Shown in pieces: positions 34,232 through 42,723 of a stretch of DNA of 64,000 nucleotides. The DNA is from OCS116 cluster bacterium AG-390-I16. GTDB lineage: Bacteria > Pseudomonadota > Alphaproteobacteria > MED-G09. The notes beneath the pieces are model-generated. The model was not told where the DNA came from, did not search any database, and saw only the letters and a program-made list of their open reading frames with translations. How positions within the stretch are numbered: position 1 is the first letter of the stretch; the number at the start of each line of letters is the position of its first letter. Location of the stretch: contig QCGZ01000002.1 of NCBI GenBank assembly GCA_003279705.1, positions 91,266 to 155,265 of the forward strand, written 5' to 3'. A program made the position numbers and the translations under genes.

Positions 34232-34453
34232 CTAACCTGAGACTTCAGTAATATCATTTTTAATATCATCGCTACAATCTGGTGCGTTAATATTTAAAGG
34301 CCATTTAGCTTCTTTGTCTAATTTATAATATTCCTCATCAGTTAATACTTCTTTTACTTTATTGCTATAAAGATATCTGTTTTTAATACTCTCTCTTGTT
34401 CCACAACCGGTAATCAAAAAAAGTGCAATTGAAAAAGAGAAAATTAGCTTCAT
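34232..34453 (-). CDS. Small lipoprotein, function unknown
   Basis: 73 aa. Lipobox LITGC after a signal peptide. Confidence 0.4.
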   Translation of the reverse strand: MKLIFSFSIALFLITGCGTRESIKNRYLYSNKVKEVLTDEEYYKLDKEAKWPLNINAPDCSDDIKNDITEVSG

Positions 34454-34468
34454 AATTCATTAATAGAG

Positions 34469-35419
34469 TTAATTAAATGTATCTTCAAGAGATAATGACT
34501 CTTCAAATCCAAAAGTAACATTTAAGTTTTGAATACACTGTGAAGCAGCGCCTTTTAATAAATTATCTATAACACAACAAGTAACAAGATCATGACCATC
34601 ATCGCTTATAGAATAACCTCCAATTATTGCATAATTTGTATTAATTACATCTTTTATTAGGGGCGGATCTTTCTGAATTTTGACTAACTTATTGTTAGTA
34701 TAAAAATCATCATAAATTTTTATAATTTCCTCTACATTAAGTTTTTCAGAAAGGGAAAAGTGAGACGTCACAAGTATTCCTCTGAAAAAATCTGCCACAT
34801 GCGGGCTAAAAGAAACTTTGCTATAACAATGTTTTTTAATTTCTTTTTCATGAGTATGATTTGAGAGTGAATAAGGAAAAATACTCTCATTAATTATTTT
34901 AGGATTATTTTTATCATTAGGTGTGGCGCCCGCCCCGCTATAGCCTGAAATACCAACACAAGAAACCTTTAAATTTATAATATCTTTTATGGGAGCAATT
35001 GAAAGCTGAGATGCCGTTGCATAACAACCTGGGTTACTTATTCTTTTTATACCAGAAGAAATATTATTAATCTCAGGTATGCTATAAAACCAATTTTTAT
35101 CAAATCTATAATCAGAACCAATATCAATTATTACAATCGAGTTATCTATTTTTTCAATTTTATCAACAAATTTCGATGATTCTCCATTTGGCAATGCACA
35201 TATAACAATATCAACACCATCTAATTGTAAATTTTTATTTAAATCTGAGTATTTCAATTCAGGATTTTTATGATAAGAATTAATTTTTTCGCCGGCTTTT
35301 GAGCTTGAATAAATTGAAGATAAATCAAAAAAATTGTGTTTATCAATTATCTTTATAATTTCTTGACCTACAAATCCTCTACCGCCCAAAAGAGCTATAT
35401 TATATTTAATTTTACTCAT
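34469..35419 (-). CDS. argC: N-acetyl-gamma-glutamyl-phosphate reductase (short, type 2)
   Basis: 316 aa. GGRGFVG NAD motif, catalytic Cys context SNPGCYATA. Confidence 0.85.
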   Translation of the reverse strand: MSKIKYNIALLGGRGFVGQEIIKIIDKHNFFDLSSIYSSSKAGEKINSYHKNPELKYSDLNKNLQLDGVDIVICALPNGESSKFVDKIEKIDNSIVIIDIGSDYRFDKNWFYSIPEINNISSGIKRISNPGCYATASQLSIAPIKDIINLKVSCVGISGYSGAGATPNDKNNPKIINESIFPYSLSNHTHEKEIKKHCYSKVSFSPHVADFFRGILVTSHFSLSEKLNVEEIIKIYDDFYTNNKLVKIQKDPPLIKDVINTNYAIIGGYSISDDGHDLVTCCVIDNLLKGAASQCIQNLNVTFGFEESLSLEDTFN

Positions 35420-35447
35420 TATTTTACTCTACTACTAAACTGAAGAC

Positions 35448-35474
35448 AAAAAAAGAGCGCTTTGAAAGCGCTCT
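35448..35474 (-). terminator. Rho-independent terminator of rplM-rpsI
   Basis: On the minus strand, AGAGCGCTT-tca-AAGCGCTCT is followed by a T7 run, 22 nt downstream of the rpsI stop. Confidence 0.55.
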
Positions 35475-35496
35475 ATTAAATTTATATTAAATTTTT

Positions 35497-35973
35497 TTAA
35501 CGCTTCGAGAATTGGAAACTTCTTCTCGCTTTGGCTCTACCATATTTTTTACGCTCAACAACTCTTGAGTCTCTGGTTAAAAAGCCTCCAGGTTTAAGAG
35601 CTTTTTTTACTTCTGGCTCAAAGTTAACTAAACATTTGGAAATACCGTGGCGAATTGCTCCTGCTTGCCCTGATAAACCACCACCTGTAACGGAACATGT
35701 AACATCAAATTGATCAACTCTCTCCGCCGCAACTAAAGGCTGATTAATAAGCATTCTTAAAACAGGTCTGGCAAAATAATCATCGCTCACTTTACCATTA
35801 ATTTTGATAATTCCTGATCCAGGTTTTAACCATACACGTGCAACAGCATTCTTTCTTTTACCAGTTGCATAAGCTCGACCATAATCATCAACCTTTTTTT
35901 CTGGTAAAGGGGCGCTTTCAAGAGCAGTATCGCTATTCTTTAAATCTTCAATATTTTCTATATCTATATCCAT
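35497..35973 (-). CDS. rpsI: 30S ribosomal protein S9
   Basis: C-terminal [19 protein letters not shown] ... [25 protein letters not shown]. Acidic N-terminal extension. Confidence 0.95.
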   Translation of the reverse strand: MDIDIENIEDLKNSDTALESAPLPEKKVDDYGRAYATGKRKNAVARVWLKPGSGIIKINGKVSDDYFARPVLRMLINQPLVAAERVDQFDVTCSVTGGGLSGQAGAIRHGISKCLVNFEPEVKKALKPGGFLTRDSRVVERKKYGRAKARRSFQFSKR

Positions 35974-36449
35974 TATCTTTTCACATTCTTGTTGTTAAGA
36001 GCCGACACATCAATAACCTCAGGCTTTTGTGCTTCGTGAGGATGCTCAGATCCTGCATATACCTTTAAGTTACCAAATTGTGCGTTTGAAAGAGGTCCTG
36101 TAGGCATCATTCTTCTAATGGCTTTCTGAAGAACTCTCTCAGGAAATTTACCACCCAGAATTTTTTCAGGGGTAGTAGATTTAATACCTCCTGGATAGCC
36201 TGTATGTTTATAATAAATTTTATCTGAAAGTTTACTTCCGGTGAAGTGAACTTTATCAGCATTAATAATTATAACATTATCGCCATCATCTACATGAGGA
36301 GTATATGAGGGCAAATGCTTTCCACGAAGTCTATTAGCAACAAATGCGGCTAACCTTCCAACAACAAGGTTAGAAGCATCAATTAGTATCCACTTTTTAT
36401 TTACTTCAGATTGTTTTGTAGAAATAGTAGTTTTCATATCTTTAATCAT
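35973..36449 (-). CDS. rplM: 50S ribosomal protein L13
   Basis: [27 protein letters not shown] ... [10 protein letters not shown]. The stop overlaps the rpsI start (ATGA type junction). Confidence 0.95.
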   Translation of the reverse strand: MIKDMKTTISTKQSEVNKKWILIDASNLVVGRLAAFVANRLRGKHLPSYTPHVDDGDNVIIINADKVHFTGSKLSDKIYYKHTGYPGGIKSTTPEKILGGKFPERVLQKAIRRMMPTGPLSNAQFGNLKVYAGSEHPHEAQKPEVIDVSALNNKNVKR

Positions 36450-36471
36450 TGAATTTATTAATAATGCGATC

Positions 36472-36500
36472 TTTCTATATATTTATATAATTTGTGTCAA
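36472..36500 (-). promoter_or_regulatory. Candidate sigma-70 promoter of rplM-rpsI
   Basis: On the minus strand, TTGACA (36500-36495), a 17-nt spacer, then TAGAAA (36477-36472), about 23 nt upstream of the rplM ATG. AT-rich context makes chance matches common. Confidence 0.3.
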
Positions 36501-36545
36501 CTTATTAAAAAAAGCATTTTAAAACAATAGTTTATAAATAGGTAA

Positions 36546-37565
36546 TTATTTACCGAACCTCGAAAGATACAATGAAAAAGTAATAGAGGAGAAAACTAAT
36601 AATGAGAAAAACTGATGTAAGAGAGCTGTCTCCCATGGCACCATTAATATTATTGTAAAAATGCCAAGCGCAATTTGAACAAATATTAATAAAAGTGTTA
36701 ATAGTGAAACCTTTAGCATAAAATGGTTATTTCTTGATAAAAAGACATTAAGCAAACCTAAAATAAGTATAAAATAACCTAGTGTCCTATGGTTAAATTG
36801 AACGTTAGATCTATTTTCAAAAAGATTATAAATTTCTATTTGAGGAATCCAATAATCTGAGGGAATAATATTTAACCCCATCAATGGCCATGTTGGATAA
36901 ACTAATCCAGCATCAAGGCCAGACATCAACCCGCCAGAAAAAATTTGTAAAAAAACAATAATTGAAAAAAAACTAAACCAAAGAGGTCTTGTTTCATTGG
37001 TATTACTTAATTTAATGTTAGCAACCTCAAACAAAAGCATAAGAGTGTTGTAGATTATCACAAATGCCATCAATAAATGAATGGATAACCTATATTGGCT
37101 AACATCAACTCTTTGAGTTAAGCCACTTTGCACCATATACCAGCCGATATATCCTTGAATTCCAATTAAAATTGTAATTAAAACTGATCTTCTGATAACT
37201 GACTTAGACAACTTTTTCATAAAATAAAAAACTATAAGCGGTACTACGCATACAAGGCCAACTAATCGAGCCAATAATCTATGACCCCACTCCCAAAGAT
37301 AAATAACTTTAAATTCAGTCAAAGTCATAGAACTGTTAATTAAAATATATTCAGGTATTTTTTTATATTTTTCAAATTCAATTATCCATGAAGATTCAGA
37401 TAAAGGTGGAAAAATTCCTATTAGAACCTCCCATTCGGTAATTGATAGGCCAGAGTCGGTAATTCTGGTTGCGCCACCAACCAAAACTAATATAAAAAGT
37501 AATATTAGAAGACAGGATGCCCATATTATTAAAGGAAGATTTGTATTTTTTTCTGTATTTATCAA
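36546..37565 (-). CDS. ctaA: Heme A synthase (COX15/CtaA)
   Basis: 339 aa, about 8 TM. GGATRITDSGLSITEW and HR-containing helices (EWGHRLLAR, QFNHRTLGY), typical of the alphaproteobacterial COX15 type. Confidence 0.8.
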   Translation of the reverse strand: MINTEKNTNLPLIIWASCLLILLFILVLVGGATRITDSGLSITEWEVLIGIFPPLSESSWIIEFEKYKKIPEYILINSSMTLTEFKVIYLWEWGHRLLARLVGLVCVVPLIVFYFMKKLSKSVIRRSVLITILIGIQGYIGWYMVQSGLTQRVDVSQYRLSIHLLMAFVIIYNTLMLLFEVANIKLSNTNETRPLWFSFFSIIVFLQIFSGGLMSGLDAGLVYPTWPLMGLNIIPSDYWIPQIEIYNLFENRSNVQFNHRTLGYFILILGLLNVFLSRNNHFMLKVSLLTLLLIFVQIALGIFTIILMVPWETALLHQFFSLLVFSSITFSLYLSRFGK

Positions 37566-37609
37566 TGCACTACTCTATAAAAATATAAATATAAAAAAAC
37601 GGTAAAAAA

Positions 37610-37825
37610 TTGTTAAAACTAAAACAAAAAACTAAAAAACTAATTGGTACAATTATAATACCTATTTGGTTACTTTTTTTTCTATCAATTATAAGCTCCT
37701 TGGGAGAAATAATAATTCCAAGGTTAAATAACTTTGAAACATTTGTTTTTTATTTCATAGGTGGAATAATTTGGATCTTTCCAATAATGCCTCTAATTAG
37801 CTGGATGCAAAAAGAGAAAAGTTAA
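37610..37825 (+). CDS. DUF2842-family small membrane protein
   Basis: 71 aa, 2 TM, ending GGIIWIFPIMPLISWM. Divergent from ctaA, as I recall is common in Alphaproteobacteria. TTG start. Confidence 0.5.
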   Translation: MLKLKQKTKKLIGTIIIPIWLLFFLSIISSLGEIIIPRLNNFETFVFYFIGGIIWIFPIMPLISWMQKEKS

Positions 37826-38019
37826 TCAAACCTTCCATAAGTTATTTTATTAAGAAGGAATATTGCTCCTAAAAAAATGAAAATTACTAGAACTGCTGTC
37901 ATAAAAAATAACCTCATAGTTATAATTTGTTTTATAGTATGATTTCAAAAAAAATATAAGTCACTTATTGACGCATCTCAAAAAATTCTTTTTACTAACC
38001 ATAGAGAGGGGTATGAGTC

Positions 38020-40056
38020 ATGATTAAAAAAACAAATACTCATATTGTGTATTATCTTTTTATTTTTATATCTTTTTTAACAATTACGATTAAAGCAGAG
38101 TGTCAAGAGTCTCTAGGTGAGACACTTTATGACAATCACTGCTCTGATTGTCATTCATTAAATTTAAGAGGTAGTGCTCATGGTTCCTCTCTATTAGGCA
38201 AGGATTTCATAGCAAAATGGAATAAAGATAAGTTTAATAGTCTTTTTGAATTCACAAAAGAAAATATGCCACCTGGAAAAGTTGGTTCATTAGATAATAC
38301 AGAACTTTTAGAAATTCATAATTATATTTTAACATCAAACGATATGTCTAATAATGACGGTTTCGTATCTTTTAGCGATCCTAGTACAATTGATCAGCCT
38401 GAAGATAGAGTCTCAAACTTTAAAAATAAAAATTTAAATAATTTTAAAAATATTACCCTTCAAAACATTAACTACCCTCCCGATTCTGACTGGCTTTCTT
38501 GGAGAAGAACTACCGATGGAAAAGGATTCAGCCCATTAAAAATTATAAATACTGAAAATATAAAGAATATAAAATTATCATGGTCATTAACTATGAACGA
38601 AGGTAGTAATCAAATTACTCCCATTGTAAGCCAAGGCATTATGTTTTTAACAAGTCCAGGAAATATAATTCAAGCGCTAGATGCTGGAAATGGTGAATTA
38701 ATATGGGAATATAGATACCCATTTCCAAAAGCCTCAAAGACATTAGGTGGTCCAACTAGAAACATAGCTGTTTATGAAGATAAGATTTTTTTAGCAACAT
38801 ATGATGCGCATTTAATTGCATTAAATATAAGAACTGGAAAATTAATATGGAAAACAAAAAAAGCAAATTATGAAGATGGGTATACCCATACAAGTGGTCC
38901 AATTATAGCAAACGGAGTTGTTATTAGCGGAATAAATGGTTGCGAGAGATATATTAAAGAAGGTTGTTTTATTACTGGTCATGATCCAGATACTGGTCAA
39001 GAAATATGGAGAACATCTACAATTGCACAACCTGATGATAAATATGGATATACATGGGGAGAAACACCATCAGTTTTTAGGGCTGGAGGTGATACATGGA
39101 TACCCGGAAGCTATGATCCAAAACTTAATCTTTTCTTTATTGGAACATCACAAGCAAAACCTTGGGTAGCTGCAAGTAGAGGTATGACTCCAAAAAACCC
39201 AGCTCTTTATACAAATTCTACACTTGCCCTAAATCCCAATAATGGCAAATTAGAATGGTTTTTTCAGCATATACCTGGAGAAACTATAGATATGGAAGTT
39301 GGATTTGAAAGAGTTTTAATAGAACGTAAAAATAAAAATTACCTGTTTACTGTTGGTAAAGACGGAATTTTATGGAAAATTGACAGTAAAACAGGCAATT
39401 TTATTCAACTTTTAGAAACAGTTAATCAAAATATTTACGATAAAATTGACTATAAAACAGGAAAACTTTCATACAGAGATGATATTTTAAACTCCAAAGT
39501 AGATAAGGCTTTTTCAGTTTGTCCAGGGATATATGGAGGACATAATTGGCAAGCAATTTCATACGATGAAACAACATCATCATTAATTATACCACTGCAT
39601 CAATTATGCGCAGATATGATTGGAAGAAAAGTAGAAAGAGTTGAAGGATATGGTGGATTTGGGGCAGATTCTAAATCTTACCCGCTTCCTGATGCTAATG
39701 GTAAAATAGGTAAATTAATTTCTGTCAATATTGATAAAATGAAAGTCAACTGGATACATGAACAAGAAGCTATGTTTTTAACTTCATCATTATCAACTGG
39801 TGGTGGTTTAACTTTCATAGGAGATCTTGATAGATATTTTAAGGCTTTTAATTCTAAAACAGGAGAAGTGTTATGGAAAACAAGACTTGGATCAGCTCTT
39901 CATGGGTTTCCAATTACTTATTCAATCGGAAAAAAACAATATGTTGCAATTACTTCTGGAATGGGAGTTTTTAGAGCCTTAACTGCGACTATAAGCCCTG
40001 ATATTTATCAACCTGAAAATGGTAATGCTATTTATGTTTTTGAATTAGAGAGATAA
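38020..40056 (+). CDS. PQQ-dependent dehydrogenase (8-bladed propeller) with N-terminal class I cytochrome c domain
   Basis: 678 aa. Signal peptide, heme motif CSDCH with a distal Met context ENMPPG in the first ~110 aa. Then a PQQ propeller (DWLSWRRTTDGKGFSPL, repeated A.D..tGe.iW motifs: ALDAGNGELIWEY, ALNIRTGKLIWKT, GHDPDTGQEIWRT, AFNSKTGEVLWKT). Confidence 0.8.
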   Translation: MIKKTNTHIVYYLFIFISFLTITIKAECQESLGETLYDNHCSDCHSLNLRGSAHGSSLLGKDFIAKWNKDKFNSLFEFTKENMPPGKVGSLDNTELLEIHNYILTSNDMSNNDGFVSFSDPSTIDQPEDRVSNFKNKNLNNFKNITLQNINYPPDSDWLSWRRTTDGKGFSPLKIINTENIKNIKLSWSLTMNEGSNQITPIVSQGIMFLTSPGNIIQALDAGNGELIWEYRYPFPKASKTLGGPTRNIAVYEDKIFLATYDAHLIALNIRTGKLIWKTKKANYEDGYTHTSGPIIANGVVISGINGCERYIKEGCFITGHDPDTGQEIWRTSTIAQPDDKYGYTWGETPSVFRAGGDTWIPGSYDPKLNLFFIGTSQAKPWVAASRGMTPKNPALYTNSTLALNPNNGKLEWFFQHIPGETIDMEVGFERVLIERKNKNYLFTVGKDGILWKIDSKTGNFIQLLETVNQNIYDKIDYKTGKLSYRDDILNSKVDKAFSVCPGIYGGHNWQAISYDETTSSLIIPLHQLCADMIGRKVERVEGYGGFGADSKSYPLPDANGKIGKLISVNIDKMKVNWIHEQEAMFLTSSLSTGGGLTFIGDLDRYFKAFNSKTGEVLWKTRLGSALHGFPITYSIGKKQYVAITSGMGVFRALTATISPDIYQPENGNAIYVFELER

Positions 40057-40428
40057 ATGTCTGAAAAAAAGCAACTTAATATTAAAAATATGCCAATAGA
40101 GCCCTGCTCATTTGAGCCTCTTACAGGTTTTTACAGAAATGGATGTTGTGATACTGGCGATAATGATAGAGGAATTCATACTGTTTGCGTGATACTAACA
40201 GAGGAATTCTTGGAGTTTTCCAAAAATGTTGGAAATGACTTATCTACTCCAATACCAGAGTATGACTTTCCAGGTTTATTGCCAGGTCAAAAATGGTGTT
40301 TATGTGCTAATAGATGGCTTGAGGCCTATAATTCAGGTATAGCTCCTCCAATAATTGCTGAGTCCACTAATATAAAAACTTTAGAAATAATCGATATTAA
40401 TATCATTACTCAGTTCATAATTAATTAA
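40057..40428 (+). CDS. DUF2237-family Cys-rich protein
   Basis: 123 aa. PCSFEPLTGFYRNGCCDTG..D.GIHTVC...FLEFSK..GNDLSTP...FPGL.PGQKWCLCA.RW matches DUF2237. The ATG directly abuts the upstream TAA. Confidence 0.75.
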   Translation: MSEKKQLNIKNMPIEPCSFEPLTGFYRNGCCDTGDNDRGIHTVCVILTEEFLEFSKNVGNDLSTPIPEYDFPGLLPGQKWCLCANRWLEAYNSGIAPPIIAESTNIKTLEIIDINIITQFIIN

Positions 40429-40797
40429 AATTTTCAAAAAAATAAAAAATTAATAATAGAAAAAAAATTAAAATAATTAAAGGTATTAAAGAATAAAAAA
40501 TGTTTTTAATCATATAGTTATGTATAAATCCTAATTTAAAAAAGCTTTAATCACAAAATCATAAATAACAACCTTAAAAATCACAAAAGTAAGTGATAAA
40601 ATAAAAATAGTTAAAAGAATTTTTTCTATTAATTTTAGCATTATATAAAATCCTTAATATTATTTCTTATTAATATATTTAATTAATCAACTTAAAACAA
40701 ATAAATCAAAAAAATGATATGTATTTTTTTGCATTTTTTCCTTGTAATTTAATATTAAATTTATAAGGTTTTAATAAACAAAGAGGGAGATACAAAT

Positions 40798-41490
40798 ATG
40801 TATACAGTTTTAGAGTCTACCGATTATGTCGGTATTTCCTTTTGGCTCGTTTCAGCAGCTATGTTAGCTGCAACAGCTTTTTTCTTTTTGGAAAGAAGTT
40901 CTGTTAACGGTAAATGGAAAACATCACTAACTGTTGCTGGTTTAGTAACAGGTATAGCATTCTGGCATTATTTATATATGAGGGGAATGTGGATGGAAAC
41001 AGGAACATCACCAACAGTTTATAGATATGTTGATTGGTTATTAACTGTTCCACTTCAAGTTGTTGAGTTTTATCTTATTCTTGCTGCAGTAACTGCAGTT
41101 AGAGGTGGGGTATTTTTCAAATTATTAATTAGCTCTTTAGTAATGTTAATTGCTGGTTACCTTGGTGAAGCTGGTCTTGCGCCTGTTCTTCCGGCCTTTG
41201 TAATTGGTTGTGCTGCTTGGCTATATATAATTTATGAAATATTTGCAGGTGAAACATCAAAAATTAATGCTGGTAGTGGCAATGTTGCCTCACAAACAGC
41301 ATTTTCTGCAATGAAATGGATTTTAACAGTTGGTTGGTTAATTTATCCTGTTGGATACTATCTAGGTTATTTAGGCGGCGGAGTTGACGCAAACAGCCTA
41401 AACCTTGTTTATAATTTAGCTGATTTTGTTAATAAAATATTATTCGGTCTTGTAATTTTTGTTGCTGCATCGAGAGATTCAAACGCATAA
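40798..41490 (+). CDS. Proteorhodopsin (DTE-motif proton pump, blue-tuned Q105)
   Basis: 230 aa, 7 TM. RYVDWLLTVPLQVVEFY carries D97/T101/Q105/E108 equivalents. WHY gives the His75 equivalent. NLADFVNKILFG carries the Schiff-base Lys. Strong SD AGAGGGAGA lies 7 nt upstream. Confidence 0.95.
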   Translation: MYTVLESTDYVGISFWLVSAAMLAATAFFFLERSSVNGKWKTSLTVAGLVTGIAFWHYLYMRGMWMETGTSPTVYRYVDWLLTVPLQVVEFYLILAAVTAVRGGVFFKLLISSLVMLIAGYLGEAGLAPVLPAFVIGCAAWLYIIYEIFAGETSKINAGSGNVASQTAFSAMKWILTVGWLIYPVGYYLGYLGGGVDANSLNLVYNLADFVNKILFGLVIFVAASRDSNA

Positions 41491-41511
41491 TTATAATTCT
41501 TTATAATGATG

Positions 41512-41545
41512 AAAAGGGCTTAATTAATTTTAAGCCCTTTTTTTT
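41512..41545 (+). terminator. Rho-independent terminator of the proteorhodopsin gene
   Basis: AAAGGGCTTAA-ttaatt-TTAAGCCCTTT followed by a T-run, 22 nt after the stop. Confidence 0.6.
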
Positions 41546-41549
41546 ATGT

Positions 41550-41819
41550 CTACTTAATTTTTATTTCTTTTTGTGAATACTTAAAGCAAATAATCATTTC
41601 GTTGTAATCTGTGAGCATATAAAAATCGCCTTCGAAAAGGTAAGCTGTTCTCTCTAATGATTTAGATGTTTTTAAACTAACTTCTATACCCTTCTCAATT
41701 GCTAGTTGGCATTTTTTTGTGTCAGTTTCTTCATTCTTTGACCAAACAGCCTGGCTTTCGTTTGAAAAGGCGTATGAAGGAGAAAGCAAAATCATTATTG
41801 AGATTAAAAAATATTTCAT
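41550..41819 (-). CDS. Small secreted hypothetical protein
   Basis: 89 aa with a signal peptide (ILLSPSYAFS). No recognisable motif. Confidence 0.35.
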   Translation of the reverse strand: MKYFLISIMILLSPSYAFSNESQAVWSKNEETDTKKCQLAIEKGIEVSLKTSKSLERTAYLFEGDFYMLTDYNEMIICFKYSQKEIKIK

Positions 41820-41828
41820 TTTATTAAC

Positions 41829-42209
41829 TTATACTGAATGTTTAAAAATTCTTATTGCCATATCTAATAAACAAATGACAGAGAGAAACCAAACAATAGT
41901 TCTCAAGTAAGAAACACCCATGTAATATAAAATACAATATACGACTCTTAAAACTAGCCATACAGTCGCAGCCAAAACAATATCAACATCACTAATAATG
42001 CTTAATAGAGATAAAGGTATAAAAATAAATAAACTTTCCTTTAAATTTTTTAAAGCCCTAATTCCTCTCTCAGAAATCAAAGGTCGGTTCACCTCCTCAT
42101 CTCTACTTGATAAGTGATAAGATAAAGAAACATCCTTTAAACCTAGTATCATAGGAAGTGGTAACTGAATAAAATAAAATAATAATGTAAGTAAAATAAT
42201 ATCAATCAT
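41829..42209 (-). CDS. MAPEG-family membrane protein
   Basis: 126 aa, 3-4 TM. R..RALKNLKESL ... RVVYCILYY...YLRTIVW pattern resembles MAPEG. Confidence 0.5.
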   Translation of the reverse strand: MIDIILLTLLFYFIQLPLPMILGLKDVSLSYHLSSRDEEVNRPLISERGIRALKNLKESLFIFIPLSLLSIISDVDIVLAATVWLVLRVVYCILYYMGVSYLRTIVWFLSVICLLDMAIRIFKHSV

Positions 42210-42723
42210 ATTTTTTCTCCTTTAAATTATTAAATAAATATAATTTAGAAGTAATACGAGTCGTAGAAGAGTTATAATGGATTTTTAAAATACGTTTTTC
42301 AACAAAAATAAAAGAATTAAACTTTAAAGATGTCAAAAAATATAATTAATTTTCTATTATTTAATTTTTCATTTTTTTTCTTTTAATTCGAAGTCTGTGC
42401 AACTTTGAATAAATATTGTTTATTCTTGTATTTACAATATCTCTAACTCTTGATCTTCTAAGTCTTGCAGCTTCTGATTTTTCAAATCTTTCAGATCTAT
42501 CCATAAAAAAATTCTACAAAAAAATAAAAATTTTTCAAGAAATGATTTTAATAAGACTGCATAAAGCCAAACCATTTATAAACAGCATTTAACATTGCAA
42601 ATGCCGAGCTAAATAAAAGAAATAGTAAAATACCCCTTAATAACATCAAAAACCCTCCCCTAATTATTCTATTAATATTGATAATAATGTTCTAAAAAAA
42701 TATTTCAAATTTAAATTTATAAT

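Noticed and set aside
38020-40056. Possible lanthanide dependence of the PQQ dehydrogenase. The putative catalytic Asp context reads ETIDMEVG, i.e. an acidic residue two positions after the Asp, reminiscent of the XoxF/PedH extra Asp.
   Set aside because: My residue correspondence is by eye only. The residue is Glu rather than Asp. The D-M-D/E context also resembles membrane glucose dehydrogenases, which use Ca/Mg. This cannot be supported without a proper alignment.
40429-40797. Two tiny hydrophobic minus-strand ORFs (about 29 and 36 aa) in the proteorhodopsin upstream region.
   Set aside because: No ribosome-binding sites are present. The composition is what poly-A/T-rich spacer DNA yields by chance.
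42361-42504. 47-aa basic ORF (MDRSERFEKSEAARLRRSRVRDIVNTRINNIYSKLHRLRIKRKKMKN) that looked vaguely ribosomal-protein-like.
   Set aside because: It has no Shine-Dalgarno sequence and no match to any ribosomal or known small protein I can recall. It is kept only as a note within the large non-coding gap finding.
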